A DNA stretch of 58,999 bases, counting the filler, from Dugesia japonica (lineage: Eukaryota): NCBI GenBank assembly GCA_001938525.1. It is 5 parts of 5 records of this genome, joined end to end, with 100 filler letters (N's around TTAATTAATTAA, not from the genome) between each part and the next. Parts side by side here need not be neighbours in the genome. Positions count along the whole stretch, not along the records: positions 1 to 13,923 come from MQRL01588532.1; positions 14,024 to 27,687 come from MQRL01632503.1; 3 more parts are not named here. One strand, given 5' to 3'. This document shows, in pieces, positions 12,551 to 23,550 of this stretch (positions within the stretch are counted from its first letter, which is position 1; each line of letters opens with the position of its first letter). Below the pieces are notes generated by a model, which ran no database searches, was not told the DNA's origin, and saw nothing but the letters and a program-made list of their open reading frames with translations. The position numbers and the translations under genes were made by a program.

Positions 12551-13017
12551 ATTTTTATAAAAAAAAATTTCAGAAAAAATAAATTAAAAAAAAATTTTAA
12601 AAATATTAAAAAAAATATTCAAAAAAAATAATAAAATAAAATCACTTTTATCTTGAAAGTTTTCACCAATCAGAATCGAGTATACTAGATCACTGACCTT
12701 GAAAAAATTTAACCTTGACGAGGAGGGAGATTTATTACGCTTTAAGATTTTCAATATTGGCTAGTAAAAATCTAAATTTTTGAAGTAAATCAAACACAGT
12801 TTTGTAATATTGTCTCACTTATCAAAATATCATTTACTTTCTAACAAAAAATATTTAACTATAATAAACAATGAAAAATTATAACATATAATTTATAATC
12901 AATCAAAAACGATAAACATTTCATTGAAATGTCAATGTAAAGTGATGAAGAAGATAAATAAATAAAATAATAAAACAGCATAAATATCTATATTGTTGAT
13001 TGATTGATTACATTACA

Positions 13018-13155
13018 AGGTTTGCATTTTCTATATTATTTGTTAGTAGGTTTGCATTTTCTGTATTATTTGTTAGTAGGTTTGTATTTTCTGTATTATT
13101 TGTTAGTAGGTTTGCATTTTCTGTATTATTTGTTAGTAGGTTTGTATTTTCTGTA
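13018..13155. repeat. 30-bp minisatellite, about 4.5 copies
   Basis: aggtttg(c/t)attttctgtattatttgttagt repeated. Confidence 0.95.
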
Positions 13156-13774
13156 CTGTGTGTCATTCTCACTGAATTTATTTGCTGATAAATAGCTAAA
13201 AAATAAAAATCAAATTATCAAAATATTGCATGGTAAAATGTTAAAATTTATTTTGAAAATTTTTAATTTCAATGTTTTATTTAAATAGCATTAAAAATAA
13301 ATTGGATTAATCTACTCAACAACGCTGTTGACTGACAAGCATTACATTTAAAATAAAATTCAAATTTTTAAAAATTATTTCGATAAGTAACTAATGATTA
13401 TAGGAAAAAATTAATTTTATATTTACGCTAAATATTAAACATTTAAAATTAAGATGCAGTTAAAATTAAATATGATTGGTACAATATGAATTGAAATAAA
13501 TTTTCCGCCAATAAGAGTATAGACTAGGTTATACTAGCTCTAATTTTATATTTAAAGAAAGAAAAACAACTAAAATATTGCAAAAATATGTTAAAAAATA
13601 TTAACAAATTCATTATTGAATAAATAATGCATATAATCGTTGTTCTACCAATAAGAATTCACATAAATTAAAGTTTTTTATACTCTCATTTTATATACCT
13701 AATAAATATGGAGAATAGCACTGAACAGCACTAACGCACTTCAGTAACAAAAGATACTCTGAGATCTATCTATA

Positions 13775-13923
13775 AGTAGATAGATAGTAGCGGAGAACCT
13801 CAGACCCCCTTCGCTGACGTAATCGGATTATTAAGTAAGTGAGGCTACTTTTTCCTGTGTATTTAGTTGGGAAAATATTTTGCACACAAATTATGTCATG
13901 AGATTAATTTCTTCGGTGAAATT
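13775..13923 (+). mobile_element. Probable left terminus of a Polinton-type element
   Basis: Starts AGTAGATAGATAG; followed by ttttcctgtgtatttagtt, the reverse complement of the subterminal repeat at 17692-17710. Confidence 0.55.
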
Positions 13924-14023
13924 NNNNNNNNNNNNNNNNNNNNNNNNNNNNNNNNNNNNNNNNNNNNTTAATTAATTAANNNNNNNNNNNNNNNNNNNNN
14001 NNNNNNNNNNNNNNNNNNNNNNN
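13924..14023. other. Artificial scaffold-joining spacer
   Basis: 44N + TTAATTAATTAA (stops in six frames) + 44N. Confidence 0.97.
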
Positions 14024-14414
14024 TTTTTTATGAAATTTTAATTTTAATATTAATTAAATTAAATTTAGAAATTTAAAGAAGAATAATAGTAAATTCTAAA
14101 ACTTAAAAATGATAGAGTACTAAAAATCAGAAAATTTCATTCGTTTCATATTTTCGCTTATTAAAATAAAGAAGATTCTAGAATTTAAAGATATCAAGCT
14201 ATTAAAATAAAAAAGATTATAGACGTTTAAGTTTAAGGTTAGTAAAATAAAGAAAAAATTTAAAATATATTTAAAATAAAAACATAATTTTTCAGATGAA
14301 CATTGAAATATAAGAATAATTTAAAATCAATAAATCATACCATAACGTTTTAAATTTCTCGCCACATTAGGCAAACATTGATCAACATTCATATTTCCAC
14401 CAGAAGACAACAGT

Positions 14415-14847
14415 TTAATCTCTTGGATTTTTAAATATAACCAAATATTGAACATTTAAATTTCGAGTTATATGATCACCACCTTGATGGAATAGATTTT
14501 GTGTAATAAATATCACAGTAACACCACAATGTCGTGATATTTTTTGTGAATAAATTATTAAAGTCTTTTTCCTTATTGGCTTCCTGATACAAATCATCAA
14601 CAACGATCACATCATCTGTTTTCAATCTCTTGCTCCAATTATCGTCAAATCCATTAATAATTCTCATTTTTTTATTGCAAAATGCTGATTGAGTCATTCC
14701 ATGTTCTTCATCTGCACCTCTATGCCAATATATTTTATTGAATTTTGATTTGAATAATTTGGATTTCAATAATTTACATACAAACAAGGTTTTACTACTC
14801 CCGCTTGGTCCAAGAATCTGATAAACAGCATCATTTCTTAATTTCAT
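14415..14847 (-). pseudogene. Polinton A32-like packaging ATPase (second lineage), frameshifted and 3'-truncated
   Basis: ILGPSGSSKT Walker A, VIVVDDL Walker B, then in the shifted frame SRHCGVTVIFITQNLF..RNLNVQYLVIFKNPRD. Confidence 0.92.
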
Positions 14848-14889
14848 TATACGTTATGCTTGTTTAAACGTATCAATTCAATTAATATT

Positions 14890-14908
14890 GTTTATACAGG
14901 TATAAATA
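14890..14908. promoter_or_regulatory. Candidate back-to-back TATA boxes in the 90-bp ATPase/TBP intergenic gap
   Basis: gtttata (TATAAAC on minus) and tataaata (14901-14908) about 30 bp before the TBP ATG; the AT-rich background weakens this. Confidence 0.3.
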
Positions 14909-14937
14909 CCACTTTGAAAATGAATTATTTATAAATT

Positions 14938-15446
14938 ATGATTTCAAATATTAATTACAGAGGTAAAGTTNNNNNNNNNNNNNNNNNNNNNNNNNNNNNN
15001 NNNNNNNNNNNNNNNNNNNNATCAAGAATTGACTAGAAAAATGAGATTTCCGAGTGGAAAACCTGCTCAATTTGTGGAAAAACAGACGAGTATACCCTTG
15101 TTTTCTTTCAATCAGGAAGTTGTAGAATCATATATTGTAAGAAACCAATAAGGCCAAATGATTTAAGGTATAATATCCACAATATTCAATTACAATCACT
15201 TACAGTTGTCCATGATTTCAGAACTATGATTATTTATATGAATTATCTAAAGTAATCAAATGTGTATATGAACCAGAAATTTTCCCAGGATTAAGAATTT
15301 CAAAATATGATCCAATATGTGTTAATTTATTTTCTAGTGGAAAGATTGTACTTGTTGGAATAAAAACATTTTATTATCAATCAATTGTTAATGAAATATT
15401 AAAAAAATTAATTAATTTAATTAATAATTTAAATACTATTGTTTAA
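14938..15446 (+). pseudogene. TBP: TATA-binding protein (TBP)-like gene, intronless, two frameshifts
   Basis: Manual translation: MISNINYRGKV..YTLVFFQSGSCRI (repeat 1)..IQLQSLTVVHDF..LYELSKVIKCVYEPEIFPGLRISKYDPICVNLFSSGKIVLVGIK, compared with TBP YEPELFPGL..LLIFVSGKVVLTGAK. Confidence 0.88.
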
Positions 15447-15481
15447 ATTCACTGTTTGTGGGTATTGTTAAAATTTCAACA

Positions 15482-15949
15482 ATGGATGAAGCAAGCTTGT
15501 TAGAAAAACAGAAGGATATGTTGAAAGAAATAGAATTATGTAATCAAGATGTTGTTATTGAAGACGATGAGGAATTCATGATAACCTTTATGAAATGGCA
15601 TGGAAAAATTATTATTCCGAGAATTATTTCAGAGACTAAAGTATGTTTACCGTTGAATTATGATAATTATCTCAACAAATATAAAGTCGATGTTGCTAAT
15701 AATCTGTCAAATTTATTCAATGTCGACCCATTTATCGATNNNNNNNNNNNNNNNNNNNNNNNNNNNNNNNNNNNNNNNNNNNNNNNNNNNNNNNNNNNNN
15801 NNNNNNNNNNNNNNNNNNNNNNNNNNNNNNNNNNNNNNNNNNNNNNNCAATTCTTGGATAGTCTTGTAATACTTAGAAGAATAGAATTAATGGATAAACT
15901 GAAATTAAATCCAGATTCATTAAAAAAACATGACATTTCTAATGGATAA
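15482..15949 (+). CDS. Hypothetical protein of the TBP-bearing element
   Basis: ORF from ATG 15482 (MDEASLLEKQKDMLKEIELCNQD), closely following TBP; spans a gap. Confidence 0.5.
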   Translation: MDEASLLEKQKDMLKEIELCNQDVVIEDDEEFMITFMKWHGKIIIPRIISETKVCLPLNYDNYLNKYKVDVANNLSNLFNVDPFIDXXXXXXXXXXXXXXXXXXXXXXXXXXXXXXXXXXXXQFLDSLVILRRIELMDKLKLNPDSLKKHDISNG

Positions 15950-16148
15950 TTTAGTTAAGTTTCATAATCTCGAATTGTCAACAGTTGCAAACGAGTTTTA
16001 TGAGAACGCCAAAGAATCAATAATAAAAGAATATAATGATGATGATTTAAGTTATTCAAGTCAGGAATCAATAAATCAAGCTCAAATGAATGTAAAACTG
16101 AAGGCATTATCAATTGCATTAAGACAGCAACATGAATGTAAAATGTAA
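15930..16148 (+). CDS. Small hypothetical protein
   Basis: Overlaps the upstream ORF in virus-like compact fashion. Confidence 0.4.
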   Translation: MTFLMDNLVKFHNLELSTVANEFYENAKESIIKEYNDDDLSYSSQESINQAQMNVKLKALSIALRQQHECKM

Positions 16149-17559
16149 AGAGATCAAACACTTAAAGTAATCTTTGTTGCTTTAATAATCTATTTTAATA
16201 TTATAATTTCAGTTGCCAAATGTCATACAGAACAATCAATAGAACATCGAGTAATATGCGATTGAAATAAATAAAATTTACTGTTTTAAACTTTTTTTGA
16301 TTTACAAAGTAATAAAATTAACAAAGTGGAAATTAATAAGATAAGTCGTTTATTTATAATAATATTTATTCAATAAAATTTTCATTCAATCTTTTGAGTT
16401 GACTTAACTTTTCATATTGGTTTTACTATTTCTTCCAATTTCTTGTATCTAATAATTTCAACTGTATTCTTTGATTAACTTTCTTGAACATTATTTTCTT
16501 TAGATTTAATAAATGTTCCATCCTTAATTTTCATGAGTTCATTGATTCTTACGAATAGTTCATTAGGAGTCTTTTGATCATTGTCACTGATTTCATATAT
16601 GTATAAATCGTAAACACAGGGCTTCACTTTAACAGTATCCTAAATAAAAATGTATTAACAAAGTAACTAGAAAATCAAATATTACTTGAAAAGTATAATT
16701 AATTGTTCTCTTAAAGAAAAACATCTCATGTTTGAAGTAATTTCTTGGTTTTTCACACTCGAATACTAGTGTAGAAGAATTTTTCTTGGAAAAGATTTCA
16801 ATCAACTTCATTTTGAAATAATGAATAATGAATTAAAGATTCACTTTATATATGTTTTAGAAAAGGTGTGTATTAATTAAATACATTGATAAGTTTAATT
16901 AATCGATTCTAGAACATTCTTATTGAAATTATTAAAAAATTAAATTAATTAAATTAAATTAAATTAATTTGAATTATAATAAATAAAGTACTCTATAACT
17001 TTTTATGTATAACATTTGTTAGTTTTTTAACTGTGCTTTTCGTACTCACCGTAAAATTCCTAGTCGAATAGTATAAATGTCGATAAATTTTGAGGTAATT
17101 TTGATATTTTCTAAAAATGACACCAAATCCGGGAAGGCGCTGAACATATTCGTTAGGAAGCATTTTTCCCGAGACGATATTTTAACTTTGTATAGTCACG
17201 TTTTCATCCCGAGTAAAATGATACCAAATTTGAGTCGATAGCAATTCTCAGTGCACAGCTTTGAGCACTAAACTCTGAATTTTGAGATTTTTTCACCACA
17301 AAACTTCATTTATTTAATCAAGTAATAGCTTTGGCGATTCTAGGTTAACATATTTGGAATCAGCGACAAATTTTCTATCAAATAGACAGTTATGTGACAT
17401 ATTTTAGGAAAAAAATATTTTTTGGAAAAATCCTGTGCAAAATACTAGGTAAACCAAAAATGATCACGGTAAAATTCAGAATCGATATATCTAAAAATAA
17501 CTATATGTTGTGAAAATTGAAAAAATTATTTTTAAAATTTTTGATGTTTCGGATTCCTA

Positions 17560-17996
17560 TAAAAAATTGATTTAATAAATTTTTAAATTTTCATATTATT
17601 TAAACAACATGAACGATTTGCCTGGATTCCTAAAAAAACAAGTTCCCATAAATAAATTTTCCTACCTAAAAAAAAGCCTAAGACGTTTCGAAACTAAATA
17701 CACAGGGAAAAATATTGCCAACTAAAACCACAGGAAAAACTTTTTGCCAACTACAACCATAGGAAAAAATTTTCGCCAACTAAAATCATTGAAAACATTT
17801 TTACCGCCAAAAAATCATTGGAAAAAAATATTCCCAATTAAAAATTGCATAATAAAATTTAATTGATGGATTAAATTACTGATGATGTAATTACATCATA
17901 GATTAACTATCAAATTTCAGATAATCGCACTAATTACATCACTAATCGGCGGGGGGTACTGCATGTGTGCGAAGGCTTCCCCCCTATCCATCTACT
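17560..17996 (-). mobile_element. Probable right terminus (TIR) of a Polinton-type element with about 30-bp subterminal repeats
   Basis: gccaactaaaaccacaggaaaaa-type repeats, then ggggggtactgcatgtgtgc..ctatccatctact (reads AGTAGATGGATAG on minus). Confidence 0.6.
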
Positions 17997-18172
17997 AGAA
18001 ATAAATGATGAAAAAACTATTGAAAATGAAAAGATAGAAGATACATGTCATGGCAAGGACAGTGATGGTGATGGTGGTTATACTGAAATTGAAGACAGAA
18101 AGTATGAAAATTATTATGATTAGAGTTTAATTTATTACTGCAACTTTATTTAATTTTTTTCTAGAATTAGCG

Positions 18173-18409
18173 ATGGAAATATTACTTGAAAGGTTTCCAG
18201 AACTTCCTCATGAACATATGCGTTTGATGATGAATGCATATTTTAATCATTTATTGCAGACAACCACGATAGACATGTTTCAAGTTATGAACAATTTCAT
18301 CATAGAACTTCAATCGGATTTCCCTTTCGATGAAAACAAGAACCATTATGAAATTTTAAATGAAAAAATTTTGAATATGACTCAAGAATATGAGAACAAA
18401 AATGTTTAA
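18173..18409 (+). CDS. Small hypothetical protein or terminal exon
   Basis: 78-aa ORF with normal composition, preceded by a possible splice acceptor (ttttctag). Confidence 0.3.
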   Translation: MEILLERFPELPHEHMRLMMNAYFNHLLQTTTIDMFQVMNNFIIELQSDFPFDENKNHYEILNEKILNMTQEYENKNV

Positions 18410-19616
18410 TTAATGTTATATTAAAAAAATATTTTATATGATAAATGGTTTCTTTTAATTCTTTTATAATTAGTTAATTAAAAAGGTTTTTGATAATATT
18501 ACGTAAACAAATACACTATTTCGAAAAAACATACATTTTGAATGGTGACCTCTTATTTCACTGTTATTATGTAAATATAATAGGGTTGCAACATAATTGC
18601 AACAGATATTCACAAAAAATAGAAAGGTTATTTCTATAAATTTTTTTAAACTATTCAAACCACTAAAATATACTAAAACAAATTTATTAATGCAATAGGG
18701 ATGCAACTCAGATGCAACACATGAGCAACAGTCATCATTCAAAATCACATGTCAAATAATTTGTAATTACAGTTCTAATAGTTTTTTATCTCATAAAACT
18801 ATTAAAAATATACTTGAAAGTAATTTTTGCATGCAACACACAAAAAATCACATGTCTGGGAATTTTTAAAACTACTCAAAGCACTAAAGTATAACAATAA
18901 TCCATGGTAACTATGTAAAAAATACACGGTTACTATGTAAATTAATACATGGTAACTAATAATTTTTAAAAATTCATATTACCATAATTATAATAATTAG
19001 AATTATGATAATATAAAATTAAACAAGCAATAAATATATTGATTGCCTAATTTCATATTACTATAGTTCTTATTATAGTAATTACAGTAAAATGAAATTA
19101 AAATTTTCATTTTTTTAATTCCAAATAACTTTAGTAATTAAAATTAAACAATCAACATATTTATCGATTGTTTTATTTTATAATTACTTAATTCGAATTG
19201 AAATTAAAATTTTTACAAATCAAAACAAAACTATATCTCCCCGCATACAATCAAAATTTGATCAATCAAATCAAATACAAAATGAAACACAGTAGGTATT
19301 ATCGAGCCCCCTTTCCACCGGGGGGGGGTGCGTGATAACTCATATGTGTTTGTGCGCTCACATCTACCTACTTCCATATAGTCTAGTGTATAGGCTTGAT
19401 TGACGATTGACAATACTTTGTATCCTTGATGGGGTAGAGTATCTTCTTTATCTTTGTTGCATATATCTATCTGCTTGAGCATTTCATATTGCTTGTGTAA
19501 TGAACTGCAAATATCTATCATTTTGAAAATAATGCATTATTTAAAAGAATCCATTTTTATAAACTTTTCATGTATCTATGTGTGTATAATTTTATTGGTT
19601 GTAGAGAGGATAGAAA

Positions 19617-19700
19617 CAAACCAGGAACCAATAGAAATTCAGGAACCAATAGAGATCCAGGAACAATCAGAAATCAAGGAACCAATAGAAATCCATCTAG
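19617..19700 (+). repeat. 18-bp tandem repeat (QEPIEI in one frame)
   Basis: caggaaccaatagaaat(t/c), 4-5 copies. Confidence 0.85.
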
Positions 19701-19782
19701 AGGAAGAAAAGAAAAACAGTTGTTGTTGTTGTAATAAATGTTTCTTATTGTGAATAGTTTTTTTATTAATGAATCCAAAAAT

Positions 19783-20250
19783 TATGCAACTCAGATGAAA
19801 CTCAGATGCAAAGCACATTCACTGAAAATTATCTACCTGATAATTTTTTATTAATAAATGCAACTCAGATGCAACACATATAGACTGAAAATCAAATGCA
19901 TTGGAATTTTTATTGATTTTTTCAATAAATGCAATAGATATGCAACTCAGATGCAACTCAAATGCAACACTCATACACTAAAAATCACGTGACTATGAAT
20001 TTTAGACTGCCCATCCCTTGCAAAATATCAAGTCTGCCCCATACCATGCTAATTATAGAGACTGATCAATGCAAAATATTGAGACTCGTCCATGCAAAAT
20101 ATAAAGATTGCCCCGTTACATGCTAAATATAGAAACTCCCCCGTTTCATACATAATAAAGAGGCTTCCCATACAATTTTAATTATATAGAAACTCCCCAT
20201 GTTAAATATCAAGAGCGCTCCATTTCATACATAAATATAAAGTCTGCTCA
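19783..20250. repeat. ATGCAACTCAG 11-mer cluster followed by a degenerate 25-29 bp array
   Basis: atgcaactcag repeats (also at 18700-18720); catgc(a/t)aaatat..agact.ccc units at 20005-20250. Confidence 0.75.
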
Positions 20251-21399
20251 CAAAAAAAATTTTAATTTCCAATGCAAAAATAAATTTTTGAATTTCACGC
20301 CATAAATATACTTTGAATTTTTTGCCAAAAAAAATATCAATACTTCCCTCTTCCCGGATCAATAAATATTAAAAAAAAACCCTTTAATGTTCAGAAATAC
20401 TCAAAGAAATATTCAAAAATACATCATTTTTACAAAAATACCATTACTTTCATCAAATTCATCATTTTAAGCAAAATACAGCATTTTTAACCAAAATAAA
20501 GATTTCATAAAATTATGACTACATAACCACGCGCCAGGAAAATTTCAAAGAAATCTTATAAAATCCGATCATTAATTGTCTTTCCACACATACCACTCTC
20601 CCCCTCCCGAAAATTGTTTTTAACCCTTTTATACTAATTACAAATATCAACCAATCAAATTCAAACACAATCAATCAGAAATTAAGTCAAAATTGACATC
20701 CAAAATATTTTCCATCACATTACCTCTCCAACAAATCATCAACCAACAAAATCTATCAACCCACTACAAACCTAAAACCTCCCAAAAAAACACCCCACGA
20801 TAAATCATACGACTGTGACAGTGCGTAACTATCCTTCTAGGTAAAACTATCCATTCAATCTCATAAGTCCTATAGACATTATATAGACCAAATTTTTCTC
20901 CACTAACAACCAAATCTTTAAAACTCCAAAAAAATTATTTCCAAGATCTCCAGCTCCACCTCAAGTCCAAAGTCCTTCTTACACGCACACAACCACACAC
21001 ACAAACTCAACTTGACCTACTTTTTAAAAACGACCTTAACAACTCAAACCCATACCAATTTAAAAATACACACACCACCAGGATAAAAAAACTGATCCAA
21101 TCAAAAAAAACCTGATCCAAAAATTCTTAGGAAAAACAACTGCTACAAAAAATAGTGCCACAAAAATAGGGGGCGGGGGATAGGGGTGCTTATAAAATTG
21201 TGGCAGTGTGCAACTATCCTCCTACTTCCGAGTAATATTTATGTTGATGTTATTATTCCCAGGGCAAGATTAATGTTAATGTTAATGTTAATATCCACTG
21301 GGCAATATTAATATTAATATCAATGGTAATGTTAACATACGTTGGACGATATTAATGTTAATATCTTTGAGAAAATATTAGGATCATGATGTCTTCCTT

Positions 21400-21900
21400 C
21401 TATATTAGCACCTACTCTTTTTCGCTCATCACTGTTATACTCTCTTTCTCCCATTCTTCACTGGTTTCTATCCTATTTTTACTTATTTTCTTTCTCTCTT
21501 CACTAGTCTTGTCTCTTTCTTACTAACTTTCTCACCCTCCTTACTGGTTTGCTCTCACTCTTTACTTATATTTTCTCACTCTGCACTTGTCTTTACATAC
21601 TGTTACCAATTTTCTTTCTATAGTCAATCTTTTCAATCACTTACTGGTTTTATTCTACTACACATTAGTATTTTCTCAATATGCACTTTTCTTCTCTTAC
21701 TATTTCCTGGTATTCTACTTTTCTTTATTGGTATTATATCACTATCTACAAGTTATATCCCACTCCCCACTGGTATTTACCTACTATCTAATGGTATTCT
21801 CTTACTCTCCACTAGTATTCACTCACCATGTACTAGTATTCTCTCACTACCCACTGCTCTTTCACTACTCTCTACTAATCTTCTCTCATTATCTACTGAC
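21400..21900. repeat. CT-rich degenerate 21-bp tandem array
   Basis: Recurring act(g/a)gtattctctcactac. Confidence 0.75.
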
Positions 21901-21934
21901 TGAAAGTAACCAAATAAGAAGAAAGAGGAATATA

Positions 21935-22329
21935 TATTAATGTTAATATTGCCCGTGGAATATTTAATGTTAATATTAATATTGCCCGGGGAATATTATA
22001 TTTTAATATTGCCCGGAGAATATTAAATGTTAATATTATCCAGGGAATATTTAATGTTAATATTGCCACGTGAACATTAATGTTAATGTTAATAAAACAA
22101 AAATATTTATTACGTAACCACAAACACAAATATTGCATCAAAATTATGTAATTGTAGACACATTATAAAATCAACACACACAGACACAATTTTGACCATT
22201 CAAATCGATTAAAATTGGAAACAGTTGACCTTATCGGGATACATTTCGACCAATCAAAACGCTTAGAATCGGGAACAGTCAAAAAAATCCGGCGGGGGTA
22301 CTGTTCCTGTGTGCACCTATCCCTATACT
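21935..22329 (-). mobile_element. Probable Polinton-type terminus with gggcaatattaacattaaatatt subterminal repeats
   Basis: 5-6 copies of aatgttaatattgccc.g.gaatatt, a CCAAT motif, then gggggtactg..tgtgcacctatccctatact; the same repeat occurs at 21240-21365, 27090-27125 and 57150-57195. Confidence 0.55.
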
Positions 22330-22603
22330 CTAGTAAATAATCAAAATATTATTCATAATTTATATTTTATAAATAATTAGATGAATCGACAAATTTATAA
22401 ATTAATACTCGAACAAATTAAGTTGAATGTTGAATATCTCATCATCTATAATATTAATTTGGTAAATGACTAAATAAATAGCACTGCGTTTCTGATAATT
22501 TGCTAGCAACTTCTTCTTCTAATATTGATTGAATAACATCAAATAATAATGTAAATTGTACACACAAATTATGCATACAAACAAATAAAAATATTTTCAA
22601 AAT

Positions 22604-23550
22604 TTACATTTTATTTAAATAATCAATTAAGAATTCTGATTTAATTAATTGTTCTGCACTCGGTCTCTCATCTGGATTCGTATTCAAACAAGAATTGATA
22701 AATTGATTCAATTCATTTTTAATTGCAATAATTGGTTTAAATTCGTATTTTGTACAATTTTTAATTTCAATAACTGCTTTGGTTGATGATGTATTAAATG
22801 GTCTGTTACCTNNNNNNNNNNNNNNNNNNNNNNNNNNNNNNNNNNNNNNNNNNNNNNNNNNNNNNNNNNNNNNNNNNNNNNNNNNNNNNNNNNNNNNNNN
22901 NNNNNNNNNNNNNNNNNNNCTTTGATCAATTCTGGTGCCATGTAACAAATTGTTCCAATATCATATCCTTTCCATTTATCTAATAGATCTTTACTTGTAA
23001 ATCCAATTGTATATTTTGACATTCCAAAATCAATCAATTTTGCATGATTGTTTTCATCGAGAACAATATTATCAGCTAAACAGCATAAATAATAAAATAT
23101 TGTGCAGAGTAAAATCAAACGTTTTATATCTCGATGAATAATTCCTAATTTATGCAATTCATTTATTTGTATCAAGATTTCATATGACATTTTCACTATT
23201 TCTTGTTCCGATAAATGTTTCCTTTGGTCCAAATAAGATCCNNNNNNNNNNNNNNNNNNNNNNNNNNNNNNNNNNNNNNNNNNNNNNNNNNNNNNNNNNN
23301 NNNNNNNNNNNNNNNNNNATATTCCATGCCAATGCAAATGTTTTCTTTATATCTGAATAATCCAGAATAATTCATGATATTTCTTGATAAATTGAGTTTA
23401 GAATAAATATGTATATCTCGATGGAGATCTCCATAATTTCTGATCGGTTTCTTCAAAACGAATTTTTTTTTGGATATTTTATCTAGACAAAGATAAATTC
23501 TACCAAATGCGCCCCGTCCTAGCGATCTCAATATCTCAATATCTTCCATG
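22604..23550 (-). CDS. Protein kinase domain exons
   Basis: LGRGAFGRIYLC, IIHRDIK(P)DN after removing the 45-nt intron 23120-23076, DFG, GTICYMAPE, RPSAEQL; frame changes coincide with N-gaps. Confidence 0.93.

Noticed and set aside
13000-13195. ORFs 13000-13188 and 13004-13195; possible CRISPR-like array
   Set aside because: Pure 30-bp tandem repeat with no spacers; the ORFs are by-products
13775-17996. A single Polinton running from the 13775 left end to the 17996 right end
   Set aside because: It crosses an artificial spacer, and the two termini are related but not matching TIRs
21935-22090. Repeat-spacer-like pattern
   Set aside because: No unique spacers and no cas genes; eukaryotic subterminal repeat
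21587-22141. Hydrophobic ORFs 21587-21940 and 21893-22141
   Set aside because: Translations of degenerate tandem repeats
22604-23549. Kinase as a frameshifted pseudogene or viral gene
   Set aside because: Frame changes fall in N-gaps, and the HRDIK insertion is a clean 45-nt GT-AG intron
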